Positions 20,443 to 29,674 of a stretch of DNA of 64,000 nt are shown here, piece after piece (position 1 is the first letter of the stretch; every line of letters begins with the position of its first letter). Under the pieces are notes generated by a model. That model searched no databases. It had not been told where the DNA came from and saw nothing but the letters and a program-made list of their open reading frames with translations. Position numbers and translations under genes: made by a program. Source of the DNA: Candidatus Latescibacterota bacterium (GTDB lineage Bacteria; Latescibacterota; UBA2968); NCBI GenBank assembly GCA_965222605.1, contig OZ244960.1:5760001-5824000 (forward strand), in the 5' to 3' direction.

Positions 20443-20509
20443 ACAGCCAATTTGCAATGATACCTTCTATTTTGATGCTCCATTTCACTTTTGCAGTGAA
20501 CACAACTCT

Positions 20510-20599
20510 CTATAACAGTCGCCATAGATCACCACAAAAATTCTCGAATTCTTCCCAAGATTCAGGGGGCGGAATTTGTCTAGTTCGTGAGGAATTCAT
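20510..20599 (-). pseudogene. 29-codon remnant of the N-terminus of a restriction-endonuclease-like (Mrr-type) defence protein
   Basis: AAGGA RBS, then MNSSRTRQIPPPESWEEFENFCGDLWRLL-stop. IPPPxxWxxFExxCxDLW is a recognisable REase-domain start. Confidence 0.6.
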
Positions 20600-20634
20600 T
20601 GGCTATCCTTCTGTTGTATTGAACATTAAACCGA

Positions 20635-20692
20635 CTAAGCCCCCCACACAATCAGTCATCAAATTGAGCAACTGATAGTGAGAGGGGCTTAG
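20635..20692 (-). other. Long imperfect hairpin abutting the 3' end of the tRNA-like element
   Basis: CTAAGCCCCTCTCACTATCAGT...ACTGATTGTGTGGGGGGCTTAG: 22-nt arms with 3 non-Watson-Crick positions, plus an inner TCAA/TTGA stem. Confidence 0.75.
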
Positions 20693-20778
20693 CGGAGAGG
20701 GCGGGATTCGAACCCACAAGGGAACAAGTCCCTGCATCCGATTATCAGTCGGCCGCCTTACCGTTCAGCCACCTCTGA
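20693..20778 (-). tRNA. Non-canonical tRNA-like RNA: tRNA-Ser-type body (long variable arm, G73) with anticodon GAU (Ile); first two acceptor pairs mismatched
   Basis: TCAGAGG TG GCT GAACGGTAA GGC G GCCGA CT-GAT-AA TCGGA TGC AGGGA CTTGT TCCCT T GTGGG TTCGAAT CCCGC CCTCTCC G. No encoded CCA. Confidence 0.75.
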
Positions 20779-20824
20779 GTAAGAACCACTCATGGTTCCC
20801 ATCCAAAATTGGCCGAACAGAGAA

Positions 20825-20853
20825 AACATGACAAACAGATAGCCTAATGTCAA
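20825..20853 (-). promoter_or_regulatory. Putative sigma70 promoter upstream of the tRNA-like element
   Basis: TTGACA-17 nt-CATGTT with an extended -10 TG. Confidence 0.45.
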
Positions 20854-21072
20854 GATTTAACCAACGAAAGTGTTGTGCAGTAGTTTAGTGTTTGCTGATA
20901 TCTTCAGCAATTCAGTGTCTCAAATTTAGTCGGATCTTACAACTCTCCTTGGACGATTTTTTGACAGGGAAGATACGGACACTTTTATAGGTATAGCAAA
21001 AAGCGTAAAGCATGGTGCGATCTTCTGAAAAGGGTTCAATGATCTGATGGGGCTTCTTCGGGAGAACCAATT

Positions 21073-21603
21073 TCAACGCACAGGTGGAGGAGGTGGGGAA
21101 GTGTAGGTGCGGGCGGCTCTACCGTTGCGTCGGATTGCGTCCGCGATAGGTCCAAGCCGCGATGGCCCCGAAAACATCCCGTCGTCCAAAATTCTCTGAA
21201 TCTCGTCCGTTTTCATTGTCGCTATGAACTTGAAAACCCTCGGTATGGCACTGACTCGAGACTTGGATGCAGGTTCATCAATCCCGTAAATCTGGCAGAA
21301 ATTTCTAATGTCGCCAAACGTTGGGAGAAAGGCCTTGTTTTCAAATCTTTTTGCAAGCTCCGTCGCTATCGGCTTTTTTTTCGAAGAAAGTTCCATCTTG
21401 GCAACATACTCCGGAGCATTAACCTTTGCCCTCTTATTAAGGGGCTTTGTTACTGCTTTTTTATCAGATAGCACTTTGCTCTGTTTGGAACTTTTGAGTT
21501 GACGATCAGCAAGGCGAATTTCCCGTAGAGATTGATCAACTTGCTCGAAACCATATTGGCGAACTATCAAACGCAGCGTATCTTTGAGTTTAGCTTTAGT
21601 CAT
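21073..21603 (-). CDS. Hypothetical basic protein, operonic with ParA
   Basis: 176-aa ORF with an AGGAGG RBS, starting 21 bp after the ParA stop. Confidence 0.75.
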   Translation of the reverse strand: MTKAKLKDTLRLIVRQYGFEQVDQSLREIRLADRQLKSSKQSKVLSDKKAVTKPLNKRAKVNAPEYVAKMELSSKKKPIATELAKRFENKAFLPTFGDIRNFCQIYGIDEPASKSRVSAIPRVFKFIATMKTDEIQRILDDGMFSGPSRLGPIADAIRRNGRAARTYTSPPPPPVR

Positions 21604-21624
21604 AAGCTATCAACCCTCCTGCCA

Positions 21625-22479
21625 TCATTCAAGCCCAAGTACTTGGAAGAATTCGCTCGCAAAATTATCAAAGAGAACGGCATCACCACGGTGCGTAAAA
21701 TCTCCACGCATCATTTTGGGGAATCCACGAGAGAGGGGAATCTCGTTCTCGAATATGCGCCATCCGTTTTCTCTGGCTTCCTGAAGTATTTCAAGCCTAG
21801 CTCTACGCCTTTCTGGCCCACCCCTGTTTCCACTGTAATGATAAGATGAATTGTTGATAACGACGCCGATAACGTCAATCCGGTGGCCTCGATTATGTCC
21901 TCTAAACGCGTTAAGGGAATCGTTCAGTAATGGAAAGCCAATAGTTGCAAAATACTCAGGCTTGACGGGAACAAGAATGTAGCCAGAGGCATGGTATGCG
22001 GCTTGGGTGAATATAGATTCGGTTGGCGCGCAATCTATAATGATGAGGTCTTTATCTTGGAAACTATTGGCGATAAGCCGCGCCAGAATCTCCGGATCAG
22101 GCTTAATTGATTCAACCAAGTTGTCGGAGAAATCAAACCTTGAAGGAATGAGATGCAAATTGCGACCGCCCAAGGGAGTATTGCTAACAATCACATCAGC
22201 AATATTAAGTGGTCCTGGCGATGTCATACTAGCAGTTGGCGGCTGATATCCATTAAATATCTCAACAATTGATGGAGAGTTGTCGTTTAGGAACTGCCTA
22301 TAATTTCTATCCCTCATAAAAGCTTGAGAAAGATTAGCTTGTGGGTCCAGGTCAATAGCAAGGACATTAAGATTAAGACGTGATGCCGCATACCGACTCA
22401 GCAACGCCGCAATAGTCGTCTTACCGACGCCGCCTTTCATGTTAATCACCGAGACACAAACAGGTCCCGTTTGGGCCAT
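21625..22479 (-). CDS. Orphan ParA/Soj-family ATPase
   Basis: Deviant Walker A NMKGGVGKTT, IDLDPQANLS, IIIDCAP. AGGAG RBS. Confidence 0.9.
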   Translation of the reverse strand: MAQTGPVCVSVINMKGGVGKTTIAALLSRYAASRLNLNVLAIDLDPQANLSQAFMRDRNYRQFLNDNSPSIVEIFNGYQPPTASMTSPGPLNIADVIVSNTPLGGRNLHLIPSRFDFSDNLVESIKPDPEILARLIANSFQDKDLIIIDCAPTESIFTQAAYHASGYILVPVKPEYFATIGFPLLNDSLNAFRGHNRGHRIDVIGVVINNSSYHYSGNRGGPERRRARLEILQEARENGWRIFENEIPLSRGFPKMMRGDFTHRGDAVLFDNFASEFFQVLGLE

Positions 22480-22569
22480 ATTTATCTCCTACTTTGCGAA
22501 GGCTGAATAGCACATAATACAAGACATTTTACTGATGTTAATATACGGTCTTTAGGATAAAAGGCAAGT

Positions 22570-23961
22570 TCAGGACGGCTGCGCTTTCGCGGCTTCCCAA
22601 CCTTTTTTTATGACTTTCTCCAGTTCGCTTACTGTCTCGGCATAGCGATCATCTCCCGCGGCATTGACGTTTTCCGCCGCATCTTGCCGATGATCGTAAA
22701 GCTCTCGTGCTTTTACGTCTCCCGTTTCTCTCGATTGCCATTCTGTGTAGCGGAAGTCATCCGTCTTGATGGTATAGCCCATCACGTCTTTTCGCGGATA
22801 TTGGCTGAAGGCCGCCTGTTTCCATGTTCTTTCAGGTTCTTCCATCAAGGGGCCAAAGCTCTGGCCCTCGAGATGATCGGGCAGCGGCAGATCGCACAGG
22901 TCGCACAGCGATGGGTACATATCGACGAATTCCGTAAGACCAGATGCCTTTGCGCCCTGCTTGCCGCGTTCTGGCGAACGGATGATCATTGGGGCATGGG
23001 TATCGATGTCGAAGTTCGTGTGCTTGCACCAGCTGCCGTGTTCGCCGAGTTTCCAGCCGTGATCTCCCCACAGAATTACAACCGTGTTCTCTTTGAGGCC
23101 AAGCCGTTCGACTTCGTCGAGCACGCGACCGACCTGCGCGTCCATATACGAGACACACGCGCAGTAGCCGTGGACCAGTGTGCGCGATAGGTCCTCTGGT
23201 ATCGGTCCCTCTTTCGGCATTCCAAAGTAGCCGCGAAGTTCGCCGAATTCAGTCAGAGAATACTCGGTGACGTTTTCTGGCGCGCTGGTATTCAGGGCGA
23301 GTGGCAATGCTACCCGATCGTAAACGTCCCAGTGACGCTTTGGGGCATTGAAGGGCAGATGGGGTTTGTGAAAGCCCACGGCGAGGAAGAAGGGCTGATC
23401 GCGTAATTCGTTGAGCGTTTTGATTGCGTGATCGGCATCCTTGCCGTCGTGATAGGCGTCGTCTGGAACGTCCGCGGCTTCAAAAGCCGGTCCCATACCC
23501 CGTCTCGTGGATCCTTCAGTAGCCATCTGTGCATCTGTTCGCTCGATCACTTCCATCGCTTCATCCGTCAGGTAGCCCCGTCCCTTCCAATCTCCCGTTG
23601 AGACGTGTGGTTCGCCGGACCATCCTTGCAGATCGTCGTTTCGATGGTGATAGATTTTTCCGATGGATCGCGTCTCGTAGCCGTGCTGCTTGAAGTGCTG
23701 TGGTAGCGAGAGGACATCGGGCATCACGGACCGCAAAGGGGTCTGTAGATCGTAAATTGTTGTCGTATCCGGACGGCAGCCACTCAGAACACTCGCCCGA
23801 GAAGGCGCGCACACGGCTTGCTGACAGTAAGCCCGCTCGAAGAGGACTCCCTCTGCGGCCAATTGATCGATGTTTGGCGACTGTACGAAATTCTGACCAT
23901 AACAACCGAGTTGCGGGCGGAGGTCATCTACGGCGATGAATAGCACGTTCATTTTGTTCAC
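22570..23961 (-). CDS. Sulfatase (iduronate-2-sulfatase-like)
   Basis: NVLFIAVDDLRP, CAPSR, GKIYH, GFHKPHLPF, WGDHGWKLGEH. GTG start at 23961 after GGAGG. Confidence 0.92.
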   Translation of the reverse strand: MNKMNVLFIAVDDLRPQLGCYGQNFVQSPNIDQLAAEGVLFERAYCQQAVCAPSRASVLSGCRPDTTTIYDLQTPLRSVMPDVLSLPQHFKQHGYETRSIGKIYHHRNDDLQGWSGEPHVSTGDWKGRGYLTDEAMEVIERTDAQMATEGSTRRGMGPAFEAADVPDDAYHDGKDADHAIKTLNELRDQPFFLAVGFHKPHLPFNAPKRHWDVYDRVALPLALNTSAPENVTEYSLTEFGELRGYFGMPKEGPIPEDLSRTLVHGYCACVSYMDAQVGRVLDEVERLGLKENTVVILWGDHGWKLGEHGSWCKHTNFDIDTHAPMIIRSPERGKQGAKASGLTEFVDMYPSLCDLCDLPLPDHLEGQSFGPLMEEPERTWKQAAFSQYPRKDVMGYTIKTDDFRYTEWQSRETGDVKARELYDHRQDAAENVNAAGDDRYAETVSELEKVIKKGWEAAKAQPS

Positions 23962-24179
23962 AGTACCTCCACATGGACATTGGATTTTCCATTTTGATTT
24001 ATGGATACGGATGAGACGCAGGCAATATACGGTCTTTGGTGTGAAAATCAAGTTCGGGATAGATGAGCGGTGGGGCGCTACCTACACGACAGATCAAATG
24101 TTGACAACACAGGTTTTGTGATGCCATATTACGAGTATGAGATTAGCAATTTTGGGGCGTTAAAAATCAGGAGGATAGT

Positions 24180-25082
24180 ATGGCACAGGATACTGTAAGA
24201 GAGGTCACGACGAGCACGGTCCCCCATAGAGTCCTGGGCAAGACCGGGGAGCGGGTGTCCATTCTGGGGTATGGATCTGCCCCCGGTGGGATGGGGCTTT
24301 CAGATGAAGACGCTATTGCGCTTTGCCATAAGGTGATTGATCTGGGGGTGACGTATATCGATACGGCACCCGGATATGGTCGGGCGCATGTTCAACTGGG
24401 GCAGGTGATGGCGGAGCGGCGAGATGAGGTATTTTTGGTGACCAAGACAGCGGCGGATGACGCGGAACAGGCGTTGAAGATATTGGAGAAGGGGCTAAAA
24501 GATTTGCAGACGGATCAAGTGGATCTGGTTTATGTGCATTCGATGGGCCATAGAGATGCGGATCGGGTGCTGGGATCCGATGGTGCGCTGGCAGGGCTGC
24601 GGGAAGCCCAGCGGCGGGGTTGGACGCGATTTGTAGGGGTTACCGCGCACAATGCACCCTGGAGAACCGCCCGCGTGTTGCGGGAGGCGGATATAGATGT
24701 GGTTATGCTCGCTATGAATCTCGCGGATCGCTATACTTACAATTTTGAGAATGAGGTGTTGCCTCTGGCGTATGAACAAAATGTGGGCGTGGCGGCAATG
24801 AAGGTTTACGGTGGGGCGCAGGGGATGACGTACGAAAAACCCGCTACTTCAGCTTTGGCCGCGCATGGATCACACGATCACGAGGCAGCACTGCGTTACG
24901 CGCTGGGATTGCCCGGCGTTTGTACAGCCGTAATTGGCATGTTTTCGGAGGCAGAGCTCGTGCAGAACCTGGAGTGGGCGCGGCGATTTACACCGCTGAA
25001 TGCAGTGGATGGTATAGCTCTTGAGGGGCTTGGTCGAGAGGTTGCGGCGGAATGGGGACCGCATTACGGTGCAGTGGAGTAG
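24180..25082 (+). CDS. Aldo/keto reductase
   Basis: LGKTG..VS.LGYG, IDTAPGYG, FLVTK, L.TD.VDL..VH, AMK. Confidence 0.9.
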   Translation: MAQDTVREVTTSTVPHRVLGKTGERVSILGYGSAPGGMGLSDEDAIALCHKVIDLGVTYIDTAPGYGRAHVQLGQVMAERRDEVFLVTKTAADDAEQALKILEKGLKDLQTDQVDLVYVHSMGHRDADRVLGSDGALAGLREAQRRGWTRFVGVTAHNAPWRTARVLREADIDVVMLAMNLADRYTYNFENEVLPLAYEQNVGVAAMKVYGGAQGMTYEKPATSALAAHGSHDHEAALRYALGLPGVCTAVIGMFSEAELVQNLEWARRFTPLNAVDGIALEGLGREVAAEWGPHYGAVE

Positions 25083-25090
25083 CGTGAGAA

Positions 25091-27073
25091 ATGGCTGAAA
25101 TCAAAAGGAAACTCTTCCCATCATCTGTGTTGGCTGAGGATAGCTTGCGCTGGACCATTGTGGTGCTTTCCTCGGCCACATTGGTTTTTGCCTGTGTTGC
25201 CGCAACGTTTTTGGAGTTCAAATCTCGTTCTGCACATATGGCGATGGCGAACCTGCCTCTGGCGGTGTTGTTGCCCTTTGTGGCATGGCTTCTGGTGAAT
25301 GCTTTTTTGAAGCGGTTTATGCCCCGCCTGTCTATGACTTCTGCAGAGTTGCGGATGGTGTTGAGCATGCTCTGGGTAGGCGGATCGTTCGCGGGGTATA
25401 ACTGGATTACGCAGTGGGTGGGCGCGATGGCGGCGCCGAGATACTATGCGTCGCCCGAGAACCGGTGGCAGGAGTTGATTTTTGACTATTTGCCCTGGTG
25501 GATGTTCCCTGCGAATTTCCCCGGGGTGACAGAGGGATTTTTTCTGGGGCTGGAGGAAGGCGCGGCAGTGCCGTGGGGGGCGTGGATAGCACCTATTTTT
25601 TGGGCGATGTCCGCCGGGTTGGCAATGACGGCTATTGGGCTGGGTTTGACGGCGGTGTTCCAGAAGCAGTGGGTTCGGCATGAACGGCTGACGTATCCAC
25701 TGGCACAGGTTCCGCTCGATTTGACAGAAGGGTTCGACGGCAAGCGTGGCTGGCCGCCGTTTATGCGGAATTGGCTGTTCTGGGTGGGGTTTGCTGTAGC
25801 TGCTTTCCCTTTGTTATGGAATCTGATCGAATACTGGACGCCGGGTTTTCCCCGGCTGACGATTTTTGACCCTTATTATGGTCCAAGAGGTCCCCGGGGT
25901 GCTGCATTGTCGCGTTATTTACGGCCGTTCTCCTATCGGATATTGCCCCCTGTGCTGGGGTTTACATTTTTGTGCGATCTGAATATCCTGTTCAGCATCT
26001 GGTCTTTGTGGCTGGCGGGACAGGCGGGACTTTACGGGATGTCCAGGGTTGGATTTTCCGTGGGGCTGGCCGGGCAAGAGGCGAAGCCGACTGCGATTTT
26101 GGGCCTGTTCACCCATGGCGTGAGTATGGGGTTGGCGATTTGGGCGATTTGGGTTGCTCGCGGTCATCTGCGGAAGGTTTTTCGGCAGGTGTTACGCCCG
26201 CCCGTAATCGGGGAGGTGGAAACGGCGATTTTGTCTCCCCGATTAGCCGTGTTTGGGATTTTGGGCGGCGGTATTTATATGGTTTTCTGGCTGTACAGCG
26301 CGGGTTATAGCGCGGGGATTGGGCTGGCCTGGCTGTTGCTTTTCTGGGCGAGTATTCTGGTGGTGATGAAGTTTTTGGCGGCCAGTGGGTTTGCGTATCT
26401 GTTTCCGAGTTTCGGTACGTCGATTCTGGATATGACAGTGGGAGCCAGCCAGATGCAGGAATCGACGTTGGTAGGACTTCGGCTGGTGAATTGGCGATTA
26501 CTGGCCGGCTGGCGTTTGCCGGCAGCATTGCCCCATGTAGAACGCCTGGTGAGGCCGGCAAAGCGGGTTGGTTGGGTAGTAATTGGGAGCCTGATACTGG
26601 GGATGCTGGCGGCCATTATTTACACGGTTTCCATCTGCTATGAATCGGGGGGGAGCACTTTCCGCACATGGTCTTTGGTGGGCGCGCCAGTGGGGATGTA
26701 CGAGGGGATTGCCAAGGCGGTTGCAGAGACAGACCGCACTGTAACCGATCCGGGAAAAATTGGGGTGTGGGTTTTGGGCTGCGTGATTGCGGGGATTATT
26801 CAGGTGATGCAGAGCCGGTTTGCCTGGTGGCCGCTTCATCCGCTGGGTGTGATGCTGATGTCGAGCGGTTATGTTCGGCTGTATGTGCTGGATATTTTCC
26901 TGGTGTGGCTGAGCAAATTGCTGGTTCTCAGTTTTGGTGGCATTTCACTTTACCGAAGGATTAAGCCGTGTTGTTATGGGTTGATTGTGGGTTATGTATT
27001 TGCCGTGGGATGTTCTTTTTTAATTGATTTGATCTGGTTTCCAGAAGGTGGGCATTATATCCACGGGTATTAG
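25091..27073 (+). CDS. Polytopic membrane protein, DUF6785/DUF6784-like (putative transporter)
   Basis: Many TM segments; QW..HERLTYPLAQVP and WWPLHPLG motifs. Confidence 0.75.
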   Translation: MAEIKRKLFPSSVLAEDSLRWTIVVLSSATLVFACVAATFLEFKSRSAHMAMANLPLAVLLPFVAWLLVNAFLKRFMPRLSMTSAELRMVLSMLWVGGSFAGYNWITQWVGAMAAPRYYASPENRWQELIFDYLPWWMFPANFPGVTEGFFLGLEEGAAVPWGAWIAPIFWAMSAGLAMTAIGLGLTAVFQKQWVRHERLTYPLAQVPLDLTEGFDGKRGWPPFMRNWLFWVGFAVAAFPLLWNLIEYWTPGFPRLTIFDPYYGPRGPRGAALSRYLRPFSYRILPPVLGFTFLCDLNILFSIWSLWLAGQAGLYGMSRVGFSVGLAGQEAKPTAILGLFTHGVSMGLAIWAIWVARGHLRKVFRQVLRPPVIGEVETAILSPRLAVFGILGGGIYMVFWLYSAGYSAGIGLAWLLLFWASILVVMKFLAASGFAYLFPSFGTSILDMTVGASQMQESTLVGLRLVNWRLLAGWRLPAALPHVERLVRPAKRVGWVVIGSLILGMLAAIIYTVSICYESGGSTFRTWSLVGAPVGMYEGIAKAVAETDRTVTDPGKIGVWVLGCVIAGIIQVMQSRFAWWPLHPLGVMLMSSGYVRLYVLDIFLVWLSKLLVLSFGGISLYRRIKPCCYGLIVGYVFAVGCSFLIDLIWFPEGGHYIHGY

Positions 27074-29116
27074 TCACTCTCGCGAGAGGTGCGGCAAGTA
27101 GCCTTGTTTCTGGAGTATTTGAATTAGTGATTTGGGGTTTGCCGCATTGTTGAGGGTTGCAGTGGTTGGAGAAATGCGGTCGCCCAATGCCTGGGCGATG
27201 CGGGGTTGGGCATAGAGTTCATCGAGCAATTCGCGCGTGGCGGTTTTGATACGTCCGATGGAGGGAATGATTTTGATCTCGCCGTATTTTTCGTCACATT
27301 CGGCAATCAAAGTATCGACCATGTCGGGTAACCCACTTGCGCTGTGCCGCGTCAAAAATGCGCGTATCTCGTCCCCTGACAAGCCGCGTGCTAATGCGCG
27401 GCGGATCGAGTCGCGAGAAAGATGGAAACACGCCATTACATCCTGTGTTTTGAGGTCGCCGAGGACGCACAGTCTGAGATAGTGAGCGCAGGGAAGGTCT
27501 GGCGGGGATAGAACTTCAAAATTGGGCTGTACAACAAATTTTGCATCTGAATTTTGCAGGGGTATTTGTTCGATTAGTGCATCATCATGCGTGTCGTGCA
27601 ATAGGGCGTAGCCCGCAGGGGTGATCTGAAAGACCGCCTGTTTGCTGCGCTGCAATGGTGCAGAGAAATCGGGGAAGTTGCCCACGAGGACAACGCCCAT
27701 CCATGTGAGCGCACCTGTGATGATGCGGCGCAACAATTCATCGGCGGTGGTTCCGGTATGGGCTGGGTTTTTGGCAAAATGCCGAAAAGGTTCTGAAAGG
27801 CGTGTCAGGAATTGATAATACGACGGATATGTTATCCAGGTGTCGGTAGGGCAATGCCGCAGGCTCCGCACGAGTTCACTGCGAATATTTTTCAGTTCTT
27901 GCATTCGGGCACTGGTGGCTTTTGTGCGGTCGGAAGCCCACTCATTCCACCGCTTGCTGTGAAACCAGAATTCAAAGCACGCCTTGCGTATGTCGATGAT
28001 GTGCCCTATCCGGGTGCCAGCATCCGAGGCGGTATGCCAGGCTGCGCCCTGGGGAGTTACCAGCTCCGTTGTTTCGGCAAAGAGCGTGAGAAATTCAATA
28101 TAGCCCGGATCGTTCTGGATATGGCAGTATTTGTTCGCGTCGCGCAAATCGGTTTTGGATATGCCACCGTGTTTGAGTCTGCGGGGCAAGCGTTGTGCAA
28201 TAATGCCGAGCAATGTGGTCAGGTCCCGAGTGAGAAAGGCGGTATTTTCGCATATCGCGGTGGGAGTGATGGTAGAGGTTTTGAGGAGCGTATCGAGACT
28301 GCTTTCGAGTTGTCCTCCCTGAGATTGGGCGATTTTGGATAGGGCAGCGCAAAGGTCTGATGCGAGACATATCGCAGCGTCGGGGGCTTGAAGATTGCGA
28401 TTCGGTGCGTAAAAGATCGGCATTTTCCAGAGCATGTCTTCCAATTCACGGACTGCGGATTCCCCCAATTTGTCGGCGATTTCGCGACGTGTGAGTGCGT
28501 TGGCTGGGAGGAACAAGTCGAGAATGGCGCGGCGATCTTCGCTGAGTGTGTCGAGGTAGGCGTGCAGTGTTTTAATGTCGAGCAGGGCATCTCTTATGGC
28601 GTTGGATACGATGGGTTTGCGCGTGTCTGAAAGGCGCAGGCCAATCTGATCTGCAAAAGCTCGGAGCAAACCCACAGATACGGGTTTCAAGATGACGAGC
28701 AGTCGGCCCTGATCTGCGTCGGGAATGGGAATGGATTTGAGCAGCGATTCGGGAATGCCGATTAGAACGTCTGAATCACCCAATGTATGTACATCTCGAA
28801 ATACAAAACCGGTCAGGTCACTGAGTTGTGCATGGAGACGGGGAAGAAATCCGTTGGCAAATTTTTCAACGGTTTCGGTTTCTAAAAGCTCGCCCCCTTC
28901 GGCAGCAAGGGTCTGTACCATCGCGCGCTGTTCATGCGATAGGGCAGCGAGGCGTTTTGCTACACGCTCGGGGTTGGGGAGTAAGCGGCAAAGCTCATCG
29001 GCGAGGCTGGTTTTGTTGCTGCTGTGGCCCGGATCAACACCCATATCTCGGGCGAGTTGACAGAGCGTGCTGAAGGGATATTGTGTGAGTGCTGCGCGTA
29101 GTTTCATGATGGACAC
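27074..29116 (-). CDS. XPB/Ssl2 helicase-associated domain protein (Helicase_C_3)
   Basis: C-terminal VVQPNFEVL.PP...LSRDSIRRAL..G....I..FL..HS...P. Start GTG 29116 or ATG 29107. Confidence 0.8.
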   Translation of the reverse strand: MSIMKLRAALTQYPFSTLCQLARDMGVDPGHSSNKTSLADELCRLLPNPERVAKRLAALSHEQRAMVQTLAAEGGELLETETVEKFANGFLPRLHAQLSDLTGFVFRDVHTLGDSDVLIGIPESLLKSIPIPDADQGRLLVILKPVSVGLLRAFADQIGLRLSDTRKPIVSNAIRDALLDIKTLHAYLDTLSEDRRAILDLFLPANALTRREIADKLGESAVRELEDMLWKMPIFYAPNRNLQAPDAAICLASDLCAALSKIAQSQGGQLESSLDTLLKTSTITPTAICENTAFLTRDLTTLLGIIAQRLPRRLKHGGISKTDLRDANKYCHIQNDPGYIEFLTLFAETTELVTPQGAAWHTASDAGTRIGHIIDIRKACFEFWFHSKRWNEWASDRTKATSARMQELKNIRSELVRSLRHCPTDTWITYPSYYQFLTRLSEPFRHFAKNPAHTGTTADELLRRIITGALTWMGVVLVGNFPDFSAPLQRSKQAVFQITPAGYALLHDTHDDALIEQIPLQNSDAKFVVQPNFEVLSPPDLPCAHYLRLCVLGDLKTQDVMACFHLSRDSIRRALARGLSGDEIRAFLTRHSASGLPDMVDTLIAECDEKYGEIKIIPSIGRIKTATRELLDELYAQPRIAQALGDRISPTTATLNNAANPKSLIQILQKQGYLPHLSRE

Positions 29117-29126
29117 AGTAAAAATA

Positions 29127-29152
29127 AGACACTTACAAAATTGTAAGTGTCT
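29127..29152 (-). terminator. Intrinsic terminator after tRNA-Ala copy 1
   Basis: AGACACTTACAA-TT-TTGTAAGTGTCT followed by TATTTT on the - strand. A degenerate homolog lies at ~40259-40282. Confidence 0.75.
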
Positions 29153-29161
29153 AAAAAAAAG

Positions 29162-29234
29162 TGGAGCCGAGCGGGATCGAACCGCCGACCTTTTGACTGC
29201 CAGTCAAACGCTCTCCCAGTTGAGCTACGGCCCC
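29162..29234 (-). tRNA. tRNA-Ala (GGC), copy 1
   Basis: GGGGCCGTAGCTCAACTGGGAGAGCGTTTGACTGGCAGTCAAAAGGTCGGCGGTTCGATCCCGCTCGGCTCCA; G3:U70 pair. TTGACA-17-TACCCT promoter upstream. Confidence 0.97.
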
Positions 29235-29299
29235 ACTGCTATGTGTAGTCAAGGGTAACAAAATGGGGTGGGTCTGTCAAGCAAAAAGCCGATTGCGGA

Positions 29300-29608
29300 C
29301 TACGCGTTTTCTTTGTCAATGAGTTCGACAAATTCCTCTTCATTGAGGATTTCGATATTTAGTTGTTCGGCTTTTGTGCGTTTGGAGCCGGCGTTTTCAC
29401 CTGCGATGACGAGGTCGGTTTTGCCGCTAACGCTGGATGTGGGTTTTCCGCCAAGGGCACGAATGAGGTCCTGAGCTTGTTGGCGGCCCCAGCGTGAGAA
29501 GGTACCAGTAACGACTACTGTTTTGCCTTCGAGGGGTTTGGGGGCTGTGGCGGCAGGAGCTTCGGATTCGAGAGCGATACCCGCGGCGCGTAGTTTCATG
29601 ATGGACAC
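29300..29608 (-). pseudogene. Second, diverged ligA 3' end (BRCT domain) behind a borrowed start codon
   Basis: [12 protein letters not shown]...[30 protein letters not shown]; ~77% aa identity by manual alignment to the C-terminus of ligA at 40540-40840. Confidence 0.85.
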
Positions 29609-29674
29609 AGTCGTGAGTTGTGGGGAGATAGGACTGGCTTTGTCTATTTAACCTTTGTTTAAAATAATATGATA

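Larger units (their letters stand above)
29094..29611. repeat. 26-bp perfect direct repeat (copies 29094-29119 and 29586-29611)
   Basis: GCGCGTAGTTTCATGATGGACACAGT is the start of the XPB-partner gene; the second copy is fused to a ligA 3' fragment. Confidence 0.95.

Noticed and set aside
20693-20778. Calling the element a normal tRNA-Ile or an attL/attR remnant
   Set aside because: The long variable arm and G73 do not fit tRNA-Ile. It is nearly full length, and no matching partial copy or integrase was seen in the window
15241-22564. TAGGATAA at both edges of the defence block as a target duplication
   Set aside because: Only 8 bp, and it recurs at ~38974, so it is plausibly chance
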